Numbered from the stretch's first letter, positions 25,883 to 35,012 are shown. The stretch is 53,071 nucleotides of DNA from a virus (IMGVR_UViG_3300021976_000019:1-53071); one strand, 5' to 3'. Translations and numbers: made by a program. The notes: generated from the letters alone by a model not told the origin.

Positions 25883-26985
25883 TCCACCCGAACCTGCTGG
25901 AGTACCCCGGCTCGGTCGTCGGACCGGATCAGCACCGAGCTGGGGTTGAACTTCGCGTCCTCACCGAACTTCAGGACCAGCTTCTCGTCCTCGAACAGCT
26001 GCAGCAAGCTGCTCAGGTGCTCGTGGTTGAACATCATCGTGCGAGCCCCACCCGGCCAGCTGGCCGTCACCCGCTCCTGGGCCCAGTCGCCGGGCTGCTG
26101 TCGGGTGGACACGTCGACCGAGTCGTACTGGGTCTCACCGAGCGTCAGCCGGATCGCCTTGGTGCTGGGGTCCGCGGAGATCCGGAGCCTCCGGATCGCT
26201 CCCAAAAGATCGGTGCGGGTGATCTTCAGCTCGGTGTTGTTCGCCATCGCCGGGATCAGGTAGGCGTGCGCGATGTCGGGGAAGACCTGCTGGCTCTTCC
26301 GGGTCGCCACCATCACGTCGCCCGCGCGGACCGAGATCGTGGTCTCGTCGGGGACGCCCAGCTCGATCGTGTCGGCGTCACTACGCTCCAGCAGCGGCAT
26401 AACCTCATCGACGAAGCGAACCGGGAGCGCCACGTCCAGCATGTCGGAGTTGGGCAGGTTCGCCTCGTGATAGCGGCGGCCGTCGGAGGCCTGGACCTTG
26501 CCCTTGCGGATGCCGATCTGCTCCAGCCGCGGGTGGAAGGTGCCTCGGGCCGCGGCCGACTTCACCGCGCTGAGAGCACGGAGCAGGTGCTCGCGATCGA
26601 GCAGGTAGACCACCGACTCCTGGAGCGCGTCGATCTTGGGGAACTGGCTCAGCGAGGGCGTCTTCCACGACCACCGGGCCTGGCCGACGGCGAGGGCCTT
26701 GCAGATCCCGTCCTCGCCCCAGATCACGAAGACGGGAGAGCTGCTCGACGCCAGACAGGCAATCAGGTCGTGCACCGGGATCAGGATGGTCCCCGGCTCG
26801 GATACCCGCTTGGGCGGAGCGGTCACCTCGACCGAGGTGATCTGGTCAGTGGCGCTGATCTTGAGCAAATCCTCGGTGACCTCAAGCTTGGCGTGACCGA
26901 GGATCGGCACGTCCTTCTTGGGCACGATCTTGCCGACCACGTCCAGGGCCTGCTTGAGGATCACCCGATCGAACGCCGCCTTCAC
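25867..26985 (-). CDS. dnaN: DNA polymerase III beta sliding clamp
   Basis: 372 aa; ISATD, FPKI, ASDGRR and FPD motifs, three-domain length. Confidence 0.85.
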   Translation of the reverse strand: MKAAFDRVILKQALDVVGKIVPKKDVPILGHAKLEVTEDLLKISATDQITSVEVTAPPKRVSEPGTILIPVHDLIACLASSSSPVFVIWGEDGICKALAVGQARWSWKTPSLSQFPKIDALQESVVYLLDREHLLRALSAVKSAAARGTFHPRLEQIGIRKGKVQASDGRRYHEANLPNSDMLDVALPVRFVDEVMPLLERSDADTIELGVPDETTISVRAGDVMVATRKSQQVFPDIAHAYLIPAMANNTELKITRTDLLGAIRRLRISADPSTKAIRLTLGETQYDSVDVSTRQQPGDWAQERVTASWPGGARTMMFNHEHLSSLLQLFEDEKLVLKFGEDAKFNPSSVLIRSDDRAGVLQQVRVDWWRK

Positions 26986-27218
26986 AGCAGCGCTCGGATC
27001 TCGTCGACCTTGGCCTGGATCTGATCTTGCAGCTTCTTCTCCAGCTCCACGGCCTGGTCAAGATCATCACACCCCAGCTCGACCAGCTCAGTCATCCGAG
27101 CGTCGTACTGCTCCTTGCGGTGCCGGATGTCGGCCATCGTGCGGTGGTACTCAGCGTCCAGCTTCTCGCGCTGGCGCTTCAGCGAGACCAGGACTTCCTC
27201 GTTCGACTCACTGCTCAC
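26982..27218 (-). CDS. small coiled-coil protein
   Basis: 78 aa with GTGA overlaps at both ends. Confidence 0.6.
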   Translation of the reverse strand: MSSESNEEVLVSLKRQREKLDAEYHRTMADIRHRKEQYDARMTELVELGCDDLDQAVELEKKLQDQIQAKVDEIRALL

Positions 27219-28126
27219 AGCTGTACCTCGTTCGACTTCTCGGCCTCCTCGACCTGCATCAGGTCGAAGTCAGCACGGTCGAAGGTGACGCGGTTCCGAC
27301 CCTGGGTGTCCTTGGAGATCGGGTTCACGAACCGCGGACACGCCGCCTTGGTCGGGCAGTTCCAGCACTCGTTCTTGTCTTCGGTCAGCTCCCAGTGACC
27401 CGCCCAGACGTTGTGGCAGTAGCCAATGATCCGGGAGATCATCTCGCGACGATCGTCGTTGGTGACGGTCAGGTTGATCTCGGTCTCGTCCAGCAACGGG
27501 CACCAGAAGGCATGCTCGACCGGTCGGACTCCGGTGTGGCCGCGGAAGGCCAGATCGTAAAAGATCAGCTGAGCAAGGGTGGACTTGATGTAGGAGTCCC
27601 GCCGGGTGATCTTGAGGTCGTAGAGCCCGTACTGGCCCTGCTCGAAGTGAGTCGCCACGTCGACAGCACCGAAGATCTCGATCTGAACCGTCTCGCCGTT
27701 CAGGCCTGGGATGCCGACCACCGAGGTGAACCGGAACTCCGGCTTGAAGGCGAACGGGGTGACCTTCTTCAGCAGAATCGGCTCCAGCGTCTTCAGCGCG
27801 GTCCGCACGTCCTCCAGCACTGTGAGCTGGTCGGTATTGTGGTTGCCCTTCCATTTGATCACGTACTCGGCGTCCGGACCGGTGTGGCGTTCCCACTCCT
27901 CATCGAGGTACTCCAGCATCCCGCCGGAATTGAACCTGCCAGCGCTGAGCCAACTGCGCATGCACCGGTCAGCCAAAGTTCCTGGGAGAAAGTTGCGGCC
28001 GTCTGTGACCGGGCTCTTCTTGCCCTGCATCAACAGCTTGGTCCGCTGCCTGCACTTCTCGTAGTTCTGCAGCCGGGACCAGGACAGCCGGATGCGTTGC
28101 GGAGCGTCCACGCAGACCGCAGTCAT
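27215..28126 (-). CDS. PD-(D/E)XK Cas4/RecB-like exonuclease
   Basis: SWSRL...C, PE...GAVD...YDLK, QL-x-xY and C-terminal CWNC-x5-C. Confidence 0.8.
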   Translation of the reverse strand: MTAVCVDAPQRIRLSWSRLQNYEKCRQRTKLLMQGKKSPVTDGRNFLPGTLADRCMRSWLSAGRFNSGGMLEYLDEEWERHTGPDAEYVIKWKGNHNTDQLTVLEDVRTALKTLEPILLKKVTPFAFKPEFRFTSVVGIPGLNGETVQIEIFGAVDVATHFEQGQYGLYDLKITRRDSYIKSTLAQLIFYDLAFRGHTGVRPVEHAFWCPLLDETEINLTVTNDDRREMISRIIGYCHNVWAGHWELTEDKNECWNCPTKAACPRFVNPISKDTQGRNRVTFDRADFDLMQVEEAEKSNEVQL

Positions 28127-29403
28127 TCCACTCTCCTGACACGCAGTTGGATCAGAGGGATGTGCTCTGCCTCTTTCTCAATGACCACCGTCTTGAATCC
28201 CTCCAGCAGTGCGGCCTCAGCCGTCGTACCGGACCCAGCGAACGGGTCGAGCACGAACCCATCGGGAGGGGTGACCAGCCGGACCAGCCACCGCATCAGC
28301 GCCAGCGGCTTGACGGTCGGATGGGCTACACCATCGACCACCGGGCGTTCCTTCTTCGGGGCCTTCGCCACGTACATGAATCGGGACGCGCCGCCGGTGT
28401 CGTCGTGCCCGGTCCGGGGGAGATCCTTCGCTGTCCACGCGTCATCGTTCATGATCCCGAGTGCCTTGGTGCTCTTGCCGCCGGACTTGCTGACGGTTCG
28501 CCCCGACTGCTCGTCGAGCGCGGCCGCCTGGTCCTCGTCCAAGATCACGTTCGCGGGCCAGCGGCCTGACGGCATAGGCCCGCCCATGGTTGCCTGATTC
28601 GCCTTGGTCCACTCGTCGTCGGCGTAGACACCGTTCGTGCCTCCGCCATGGCGGACCCGGCCAGGCTCGGCCCCTTGCCCCTCAATCCGGCACCCATCGA
28701 TGTTCAGTGCCCCAGTGCCGTGCTCCAGCACGTTCGCCACGACCGTGCCCCGGATCGGCTTGCGAGCCACGATGATCGGTTCGAACGCGGGCTTGAGCGC
28801 GGTGCCCCAGCCCTGCCACTGCTCGGCCTCGGGCGTCGCCGGGGTGGTCTCGACGGACGGAGGACGCGCTACCACGTTGCCCATATGGCCTGCGCTGCGA
28901 CCTGATGCCGGGCCTTGGTTGAAGGTCCCTCCGTCGCCGTACGTCTTGAGCCCGATCACTTCCCGCGTCGCCCCGGCCGCCTTGTCGATCGCCTTCGACA
29001 CGTCCATCGACTTCGGGAATCCCGACCCGTACAGCCACGCGATTGAGTCGCGGATCTCGAACCCACCCAGGCGGATCGCCAGCGTCATCAGGTCGAAAGT
29101 GCGTGATCCGGCGAAGCTCAACAGGTACCCACCCGGCTTGAGCACCCGCAAGCACTCCTTCCAGACGGCGGGACCGGGAACGAAGCTGTCCCAGGACTTG
29201 CCCATGAACCCGTTGCCCTTGTGGACGTAGTCATCACCCGCCAGCCAGTGCTTCATCACCTCGACCATGTCGGGCTCCCTGCTCAGACCGTACGGAGGGT
29301 CAGTGACGATCGCGTGGATGGTCTCCGCCTTCAGTTTCCGCAGCACGTCGAGACAGTCGCCTTCGATGATGGCCACACGCTCAGACTTCTCGACCACCCG
29401 CAT
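28123..29403 (-). CDS. DNA N6-adenine/N4-cytosine methyltransferase (beta class)
   Basis: TDPPY motif before HPTVKP and LDPFAGSGTT. Confidence 0.9.
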   Translation of the reverse strand: MRVVEKSERVAIIEGDCLDVLRKLKAETIHAIVTDPPYGLSREPDMVEVMKHWLAGDDYVHKGNGFMGKSWDSFVPGPAVWKECLRVLKPGGYLLSFAGSRTFDLMTLAIRLGGFEIRDSIAWLYGSGFPKSMDVSKAIDKAAGATREVIGLKTYGDGGTFNQGPASGRSAGHMGNVVARPPSVETTPATPEAEQWQGWGTALKPAFEPIIVARKPIRGTVVANVLEHGTGALNIDGCRIEGQGAEPGRVRHGGGTNGVYADDEWTKANQATMGGPMPSGRWPANVILDEDQAAALDEQSGRTVSKSGGKSTKALGIMNDDAWTAKDLPRTGHDDTGGASRFMYVAKAPKKERPVVDGVAHPTVKPLALMRWLVRLVTPPDGFVLDPFAGSGTTAEAALLEGFKTVVIEKEAEHIPLIQLRVRRVE

Positions 29404-29870
29404 CAGTACCGCAGCTCAAGAGCCTCGGGCGCGTACGCCCGGACGACCAGGGTGGGGATGCCCAGCTCCTGCTCGACCGCGGTCCGGATGTTCCAGGAGT
29501 CCTCCAGCAGAAGCTTGATGTCGTACTCCACCATCAGCGCACGCAGCCCGGTCAGCTTGTAGCCAACGGTTCCCAGTCCTGAGTTCCCGTCCATCACAAG
29601 CCGATCGAAGCGAACATCGTGCCTGGCCATCCAGGCTTCGGTCTCAGGCCGTGATTCCTCCGGCCGAGAGGTCAAAAGAATGATCTTGTAGTGGGGCTTC
29701 AAAAGACTCAGCAGTGGGACCGTGGCGGTGGGAAGATCGTCAGCGCACGCCTTGGCGTAAGCGGTCCAGTCGGTGTTCTCCCGCTCTTCCCCCTGGAGGA
29801 TCAGACCCTGTCGGTGCAAGGTGTCAGCCAAGGTGCTGTCGATGTCGGCCACGACGGCTGCAGGCTTCAT
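29403..29870 (-). CDS. HAD-family phosphatase (PNKP 3'-phosphatase-like)
   Basis: DIDSTLA motif I, LTSR motif II, K and LED motifs. Confidence 0.8.
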   Translation of the reverse strand: MKPAAVVADIDSTLADTLHRQGLILQGEERENTDWTAYAKACADDLPTATVPLLSLLKPHYKIILLTSRPEESRPETEAWMARHDVRFDRLVMDGNSGLGTVGYKLTGLRALMVEYDIKLLLEDSWNIRTAVEQELGIPTLVVRAYAPEALELRY

Positions 29871-29932
29871 AGAGTGACCCTTCGGCAGATTGAATTGGTC
29901 CTCGGGAGCCTAGCCGTCTGTGTGTCGGATCG

Positions 29933-30560
29933 TCAACTAACCAGGGAGCCGAGACGACCCTTCAGAGCCTGCTTCATGCTGGCGCTGCGACCGGGCCCGG
30001 AGACCTGGTCGCGCCAGGCCGTCCAGGTCCAGGATCGACCCTGCTCGAAGACCTCCTGGCGGCCTTGGTTGGCCCGCTGAGCGACGTTCTCGGCCTGTCG
30101 GCGACCCAGCTCCGTCTCCAGCCTGGTCCACGCCACACGGCGATTCTCATGCTGGGAGCGGGACTCCACCGCGGTGACCACCACACCGGTTGGCTTGTGG
30201 GTGAGCCGGACCGCAGAATCAGTCTTGTTCCGGTGCTGTCCACCCGGCCCGGTGTCGCGATAGGTGTGCACCAGCACGTCGCCCTTATCGAGCTGGAGAG
30301 ACTTCGGAGACTTCTCGTCCAGGGCGACCACGGTCACGATGCTGGAATGACGCCGCCCGCGCTTCTCGGTGTCAGGGACCCGCTGGATGCGGTGCGTCCC
30401 GGCCAGGGTTGCGAGGGAGCGGTCAAAGACGGTGGAGAACCAGGACCCGGCCGTCGACCTCGACGGGACGGCCGGAGAAGGTACTGATGGCGGAGGCCAG
30501 CTCGGCCGCGAACTGCTCAGCGTCCGCTCCGCCATCGCCTGCATGGATCTCCAGTCTCAT
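29933..30560 (-). CDS. class I peptide release factor homologue (RF1-like PxT, GGQ), predicted +1 frameshift
   Basis: ORF1 30560-30423 (MRLEIHAGDGGADAEQFA...HRL*) ends in CTT TGA C; the +1 frame continues DRSLATLAGTHRIQRVPDTE...GPGGQHRNKTDSAVR. Confidence 0.85.
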
Positions 30561-30570
30561 GCCGGAGAGG

Positions 30571-31116
30571 TTACCGCCGATACGACCGGAACGCTTCCTC
30601 CAGCATGGGGTAGATCCGGTTCAGCCGGGCGAAGGCGTCATTCTCCGAGTAGCTGTCGTCAGCCGACACCAGGAAGTCGTTGCCTTCGAAGCGGTTGTCG
30701 AAGTTGACTGAGATACCCGAGAAACCACCCTCCCGGCGCTCGACAGATCCAGGCGTGCCGGATTTAGTCCGAGTGGCGCGGTAGTGCGGCTGGTCGGGAA
30801 TCAAGAAGTCGTCGTTGTACCAAACCTGAGCCAGCGTCCGGTAATGCAGCCCGATCAGGTTCTGGGCGACGACCTGAGCGGTGTCGGGATTCAGGCCGCG
30901 GGACTCGATCATCAGGTGACCGGACTGACCGACCACGATCAGGTGAGCCCCACACTCAGGGAAGGGGGAGCTGGGAAGTTCGCCCTCCGAGGAGGTGGCC
31001 TTCGTCAACGGGTCACCCCAAAAGATCGGGCTGATGCAGGCCGGGTGGTGGAGCCGGATGACGTAGGAGTGGATGGTGACCTTGGCCGTGTCGACGGCGA
31101 CGCTGTCTGCGCTCAT
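30571..31116 (-). CDS. hypothetical protein (probably leaderless)
   Basis: 181 aa; GCCGATACT ends 8 nt before the ATG, no Shine-Dalgarno. Confidence 0.55.
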   Translation of the reverse strand: MSADSVAVDTAKVTIHSYVIRLHHPACISPIFWGDPLTKATSSEGELPSSPFPECGAHLIVVGQSGHLMIESRGLNPDTAQVVAQNLIGLHYRTLAQVWYNDDFLIPDQPHYRATRTKSGTPGSVERREGGFSGISVNFDNRFEGNDFLVSADDSYSENDAFARLNRIYPMLEEAFRSYRR

Positions 31117-31134
31117 GCCCGATCAGTATCGGCG

Positions 31135-32073
31135 CTACAGGACCGACTCGATGATCTCGCGCAACTCAGCCTTAGCCCGTGGTGACAGCTCAGTGCTCTC
31201 AGCGTGGGCGATGACCTGCTCCATGCTGAGGCTGGTCAGGGAGACCTTGCCGACCGACTCCAGGAACTCGTCGAGCTTCTCCTCACGCTCCTGCTTCTGA
31301 GCCACCTCAGCCAGCCGGAAGACTTCCGCGGCCGGGCGATGCGGAACGTCCACCGAGGTGAATGGGCAACCAGTGGCGTCTGGATCGAACAGGGTGATCT
31401 TGGGCTCTCGCTTCAGCGTCTCCTCGTGCAAGGAGCCACGGGAGATCGCGCCGTTGTTGCAGACCCAGGCATCGTGGCTACGGAAGAACCCGTAGCTGTC
31501 GTGGATATGCCCCATAGCCACTGGGACGCCCTCCGTGACGATCTGAGAGGCGTCCAGGTGCGGGTACGGGGGATTGATGCCAGAGGGGAAAATCGCGGCG
31601 TGGACGGCGATCAAGGCCGGACGGGTCCCGACCAGGGTCTCGTCACAGGCCACGTTCATGTGCGTCTGGAGATCCTCCAGGTCATCGGTGTAGGGAATGC
31701 CGTAGATCCCAGTCTCGGTGTCCAGACCCTGCAGCAGGGTGATGTTCGAGCTGAGCGCCAGCGTGCCGAGCGGCTGAGTCGGGATGGACTCCAGCCGGTC
31801 CTGCTGCAGGTCATGGTTGCCGGGGACGATCAGGACCCGGCCGCGGAAGGCGGCGAGGATCTCCGCGGTCCGGCGAACTAGGCCGTGGCTCGTCCGATGT
31901 GGGACCTTCACGTGGAAAACGTCACCAAGTTGAGTGATTGACTCAGCATTCACCTGGTTGGCGTAGTCGACGATCCACTCCAGCTTGGTGAGGATGTCAT
32001 CGGAGTAATCATCGGTCCTCGAACTGGGTGGGTTGTCCGAAAGATGCAGATCGCCGACCAACACGTGCACCAT
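31135..32073 (-). CDS. SbcD/Mre11-like metallophosphoesterase nuclease
   Basis: GDLH, GDVFH, GNHD and GHIH motifs. Confidence 0.85.
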   Translation of the reverse strand: MVHVLVGDLHLSDNPPSSRTDDYSDDILTKLEWIVDYANQVNAESITQLGDVFHVKVPHRTSHGLVRRTAEILAAFRGRVLIVPGNHDLQQDRLESIPTQPLGTLALSSNITLLQGLDTETGIYGIPYTDDLEDLQTHMNVACDETLVGTRPALIAVHAAIFPSGINPPYPHLDASQIVTEGVPVAMGHIHDSYGFFRSHDAWVCNNGAISRGSLHEETLKREPKITLFDPDATGCPFTSVDVPHRPAAEVFRLAEVAQKQEREEKLDEFLESVGKVSLTSLSMEQVIAHAESTELSPRAKAELREIIESVL

Positions 32074-32696
32074 CAGGCATCTTCTTTCAGCAGCTGACTC
32101 AAGCGATTTTTGCGGGTGGACTCCGACTTACACGTGCGGCACCACCGACTAATCCCAGTTTTGGTCTTCCTGATCATGTCGTAGGGATGTCCCCGTGGGC
32201 AACGACTCTTGATCTGGTTGTGGTGCCTCCCCTTTGCCACTTTGTCCTGCATGTTCTTGGTTCGAGTACCCAGCACGAGATGGGCGGGGTTGCAACAAGA
32301 CGGGTTGTCACAGGTGTGCATGGACTCCTCAACCGAGGTCAGCGGCCGACCAAGCTTCAACCGCAGGGCGAACCGATGAGCGGTGGTTGTCTTCTCGCCG
32401 TCGTAGAAGACTCCGTACCCAGCGTTCTTCTTGGACTTGGTCCACTCCCAGCAGTCATCCTCGCCGCGGATCTCTACCTTGGGCCAGAACCTCTCCTCAG
32501 GTGGAAGAGCTGGAGCCCCATTCCTCTTGGGTCCGAACAACTCCCGCTTCCGCCGAGCCTCCTCACGATTCCTCCGATTCTGCTGATCCCGCATGCAGAT
32601 CCGGCACATCCTGGCGCCATCACTCTTGCGGACGAAGGTGGTCTCGGGAACCCACTCATGTCCGTGGGCGCAGTGGGTCTTCTTCACGAACGTCAC
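32073..32696 (-). CDS. HNH homing endonuclease
   Basis: RFWPKV..CWEW, AHR, HTCDNPSCCNPAHL...N, flanked by CxxGH...CxxC zinc-finger-like modules. Confidence 0.85.
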   Translation of the reverse strand: MTFVKKTHCAHGHEWVPETTFVRKSDGARMCRICMRDQQNRRNREEARRKRELFGPKRNGAPALPPEERFWPKVEIRGEDDCWEWTKSKKNAGYGVFYDGEKTTTAHRFALRLKLGRPLTSVEESMHTCDNPSCCNPAHLVLGTRTKNMQDKVAKGRHHNQIKSRCPRGHPYDMIRKTKTGISRWCRTCKSESTRKNRLSQLLKEDA

Positions 32697-32723
32697 AGTT
32701 GCACACTACATGATGACGACGCG

Positions 32724-32924
32724 TTACCGTGGCAAGGTGCTACGCACAATCTTGGCTATCAGCTCCGGGCTGCACCCGATGATCCGAGCCAGGCGTTTGT
32801 AGGTCCAGTAGTGGGAGTCTTCTCGCCGTAGTTGACGCAGCAGCTCATCCCTACGCTCCCGATGACGTGCAGCGGCGAGGGACGCTTCGTGCTCGTCCCT
32901 CGCCGCCGCGGCCCTGACATCCAT
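32724..32924 (-). CDS. small helix-turn-helix protein
   Basis: 66 aa, WTYKRLARIIGCSPELIAKI; directly downstream of the Ro gene. Confidence 0.6.
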   Translation of the reverse strand: MDVRAAAARDEHEASLAAARHRERRDELLRQLRREDSHYWTYKRLARIIGCSPELIAKIVRSTLPR

Positions 32925-32933
32925 CGTGGACTT

Positions 32934-34529
32934 CTAGATCCGTCCAGCCGAAAAATCGGCCAACAGCTGTGGCGCAGCGCTGTCGAGCCCGGCCAGGTCC
33001 ATCGATCCCGGATCGTTCGGATCGGCGATGGAGAACTTCGTTGCCGTCATCCCCCACACCACGTTCCGAGCCGGAATTCCGGTCTTGTCGCGGTACTTCT
33101 TCAGCGCCTGGTGCGGGTGGATTCCGCCGTACCACGTCTCGTTATCGGTCAGGGTCGAGAAAGTGTCAACCTCCAGCCCCTGACGAAGTGCCTCGACCAT
33201 TGGCAAAGCGCAGTCGGTTCCGGCGAACGGCAGGTTCGACACCGACCGGATCACATCGTCCAGCCGCTGGCGCGGGCTGATCGACAGCTCCCGGAAGGTG
33301 GTCGAGAAGCCGTAGACCGCGACCTCGGGCTCGGTGGCCACCGTGATCAGCGCCATCGCGGCCGAAGCCTCCCGCGGCGTAACCGGGCTGTCCGACATGT
33401 AGCTCGCCCCCATCGATCCTGAGACATCCAGGCCGATCAGGGTCCGCTTGTTGGCGGGCCGGACGTTGCCGAAGGACAGGTAGAACGCCTTGTCCAGCGC
33501 ATCAGCGATCTGCCGCACGGGAGCCCACGAGGTCTGGCCCCGGAAGCTCTGGCCCGACGCGTAGGTCCGCTGAGCGACCAGCACGTTGAACGGGTGCACC
33601 CGGCCCTTGGTCAGGTACTCCTGGTTGCCCAGCTGCTCGACGATCGCCGCCGTCCGGTTGCCCTTCTTCAGGCCGCTGGCCACGACCTCCAGCCGGGTCA
33701 GCCGCGGGAGCTGACGAATCAGCGCCGTCATTGGCAGACCCTGGTCGACCAGAGCCTCCCAGACCTTGCGCTCCTTGAGCGCCTCATCCGGCAGCATCTC
33801 CCAGCTCAGACCAAAGTCAGTGACCAGTCCAGCCCAGGTGTCGACCGTGGTCGCCTCCTGCGCCTTCAGGTAGCCGTGGACGATCCGTGGCAGGTTCTCC
33901 GAGACCGTGCCCTGGGTCACCCACTTGTAGAGCGCGTTGCGCTGCTCGTTGTCGGTCTTCGGGTGGAAGAGCCGAAGCAGGTCACGCTGGGTGAAACCTT
34001 CGCGGCTGCGGTACTTCACCAACTGGTAGGCCAGAGCGTCGGGACGCTTGACCTCGTACCAACGCCGAGCGGCCTTCTTCAGGCCGGTGCCACCGAGACC
34101 ACGGAACTGCTTGAGGTACTTGGCGAACATGGCGAAGTGCGTGCCGATGCGAAGGACTTCTGGCATGGCGTCGAAGGCGGCCTTGCGTCCGGCCTCGTTC
34201 TTCGAAGCCGCGGCTGCGGCGAGGGCGAAGATGGTGGCGTTCTGCTTGGGAGCGCGACCCTCGATCGAGATCTCCTTGATGATCTCCACCAGACGCTCGG
34301 GGCTGTGCTCGGCCCAGGCGAGGATCTCGGCTGCGTTCTCCTTGGTCAGTTCCTGCACGCCCTGGTAGAACGATGCGGCCGAACCGAGAATGAGGAACCG
34401 GCGGATGCGGTCCTCGGGCGAGATCTCAAAGACGAATCCGCCAGCGTTGTTCACGACCTGGCGAGGATCGGCCTGCTCGCGCTGAGGAGTCTGCCGGGTA
34501 CGGATGGCGGTGAGTGGATCGTTGGTCAT
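32934..34529 (-). CDS. rsr: Ro60/Rsr TROVE-domain RNA-binding protein
   Basis: NNAGGFVF, RFLILG, LVKYRSREG..RDLLRL-x-HP, MTALIRQL, vWA MIDAS DVSGSM, TDNETW; start at 34529 after GGAG. Confidence 0.95.
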   Translation of the reverse strand: MTNDPLTAIRTRQTPQREQADPRQVVNNAGGFVFEISPEDRIRRFLILGSAASFYQGVQELTKENAAEILAWAEHSPERLVEIIKEISIEGRAPKQNATIFALAAAAASKNEAGRKAAFDAMPEVLRIGTHFAMFAKYLKQFRGLGGTGLKKAARRWYEVKRPDALAYQLVKYRSREGFTQRDLLRLFHPKTDNEQRNALYKWVTQGTVSENLPRIVHGYLKAQEATTVDTWAGLVTDFGLSWEMLPDEALKERKVWEALVDQGLPMTALIRQLPRLTRLEVVASGLKKGNRTAAIVEQLGNQEYLTKGRVHPFNVLVAQRTYASGQSFRGQTSWAPVRQIADALDKAFYLSFGNVRPANKRTLIGLDVSGSMGASYMSDSPVTPREASAAMALITVATEPEVAVYGFSTTFRELSISPRQRLDDVIRSVSNLPFAGTDCALPMVEALRQGLEVDTFSTLTDNETWYGGIHPHQALKKYRDKTGIPARNVVWGMTATKFSIADPNDPGSMDLAGLDSAAPQLLADFSAGRI

Positions 34530-34546
34530 GGTGGTCTCCGTTCTTT

Positions 34547-34579
34547 TCGGTCTACGCAAGGATGGTCCTCGCAGACAAG
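34547..34579 (-). promoter_or_regulatory. 5'-UTR hairpin with a strand-swapped Ro-binding helix (candidate operator)
   Basis: CTTGTCT-GCGAGGA-CCA-TCCTTGCGT-AGACCGA, ending 17 nt before the rsr ATG. Confidence 0.55.
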
Positions 34580-34586
34580 TGGGGGT

Positions 34587-34720
34587 CCCAGACAAGGGAG
34601 TGAGGACTCGAAATTTTACGGTTGCTCTACCACTGAGCTACGCGCCCGAAGTTGTCGGGCGGGCAGGATTCGAACCTGCGACCCACTGTTTCCTTGGTAA
34701 CGAATCTTCGTCGGTCTGGG
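34587..34720 (-). ncRNA. yrlA: Y RNA unit 1, YrlA-type circularly permuted tRNA mimic
   Basis: CCCAGACCGA...CTTGTCTGGG terminal helix enclosing T arm GCAGG-TTCGAAT-CCTGC, loop-closed acceptor CGCCCG..CGGGCG and D arm TA-GCTC-AGTGGTA-GAGC. Confidence 0.88.
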
Positions 34721-34724
34721 GTTA

Positions 34725-34883
34725 CACCCATCAGGAACTACAGACGAGGGGTTGCGTCCCGATCAAAGCTCTTTCGCGGAGGGATTCGAACCCCCGACAT
34801 CCGGAGGTTTAGGTCCGGCGTTCTGCCTCTGAACTATGCGAAAATAACGGAAAGTCGCTTCGGTCTGTAGATCCTGAAGGATG
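34725..34883 (-). ncRNA. Y RNA unit 2, carrying a complete canonical-order tRNA-like domain (34771-34843)
   Basis: CTACAGACCGA...CTCGTCTGTAG helix; acceptor TTTCGCA/CGCGAAA, D arm GTTC-AGAGGCA-GAAC, anticodon arm CCGGA-CCTAAACC-TCCGG, T arm GGGGG-TTCGAAT-CCCTC. Confidence 0.8.
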
Positions 34884-35012
34884 CACCTGAGAGGGAGAGA
34901 CAAGAGATGAGCAGTCGAGGTTCACCCCCGCCTACCAGGCTCTGAACCTGGCGGCCAGGGACTCTGTAATCACAGGGTTAACGACCGCTCCGCGGTCTCT
35001 CCTTCGAAGGTG
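34884..35012 (-). ncRNA. Y RNA unit 3
   Basis: GGAGAGACCG...CTTGTCTCTCC helix, second helix GAGCGGTCG/CGACTGCTC, T-arm-like CCAGG-TTCAGAG-CCTGG. Confidence 0.75.

Noticed and set aside
27215-28126. Cas4 as part of a CRISPR system
   Set aside because: Stand-alone Cas4/RecB-like nucleases are common in phage replication modules; no cas1, cas2 or array is present
30425-30544. First 40 aa of the 203-aa release factor ORF
   Set aside because: Ser/Pro-rich shadow frame; the RF-homologous N-terminus is in the overlapping frame starting at 30560
34530-34595. N-terminal extension of Ro given by the ORF track (start 34595)
   Set aside because: It begins at a TTG inside Y RNA unit 1; the ATG at 34529 has an RBS and the recognisable Ro sequence starts just after it
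34620-34685. Conventional tRNA gene in unit 1
   Set aside because: The arms are in permuted order (T, closed acceptor, D) with no anticodon loop or CCA; this is a YrlA-type mimic
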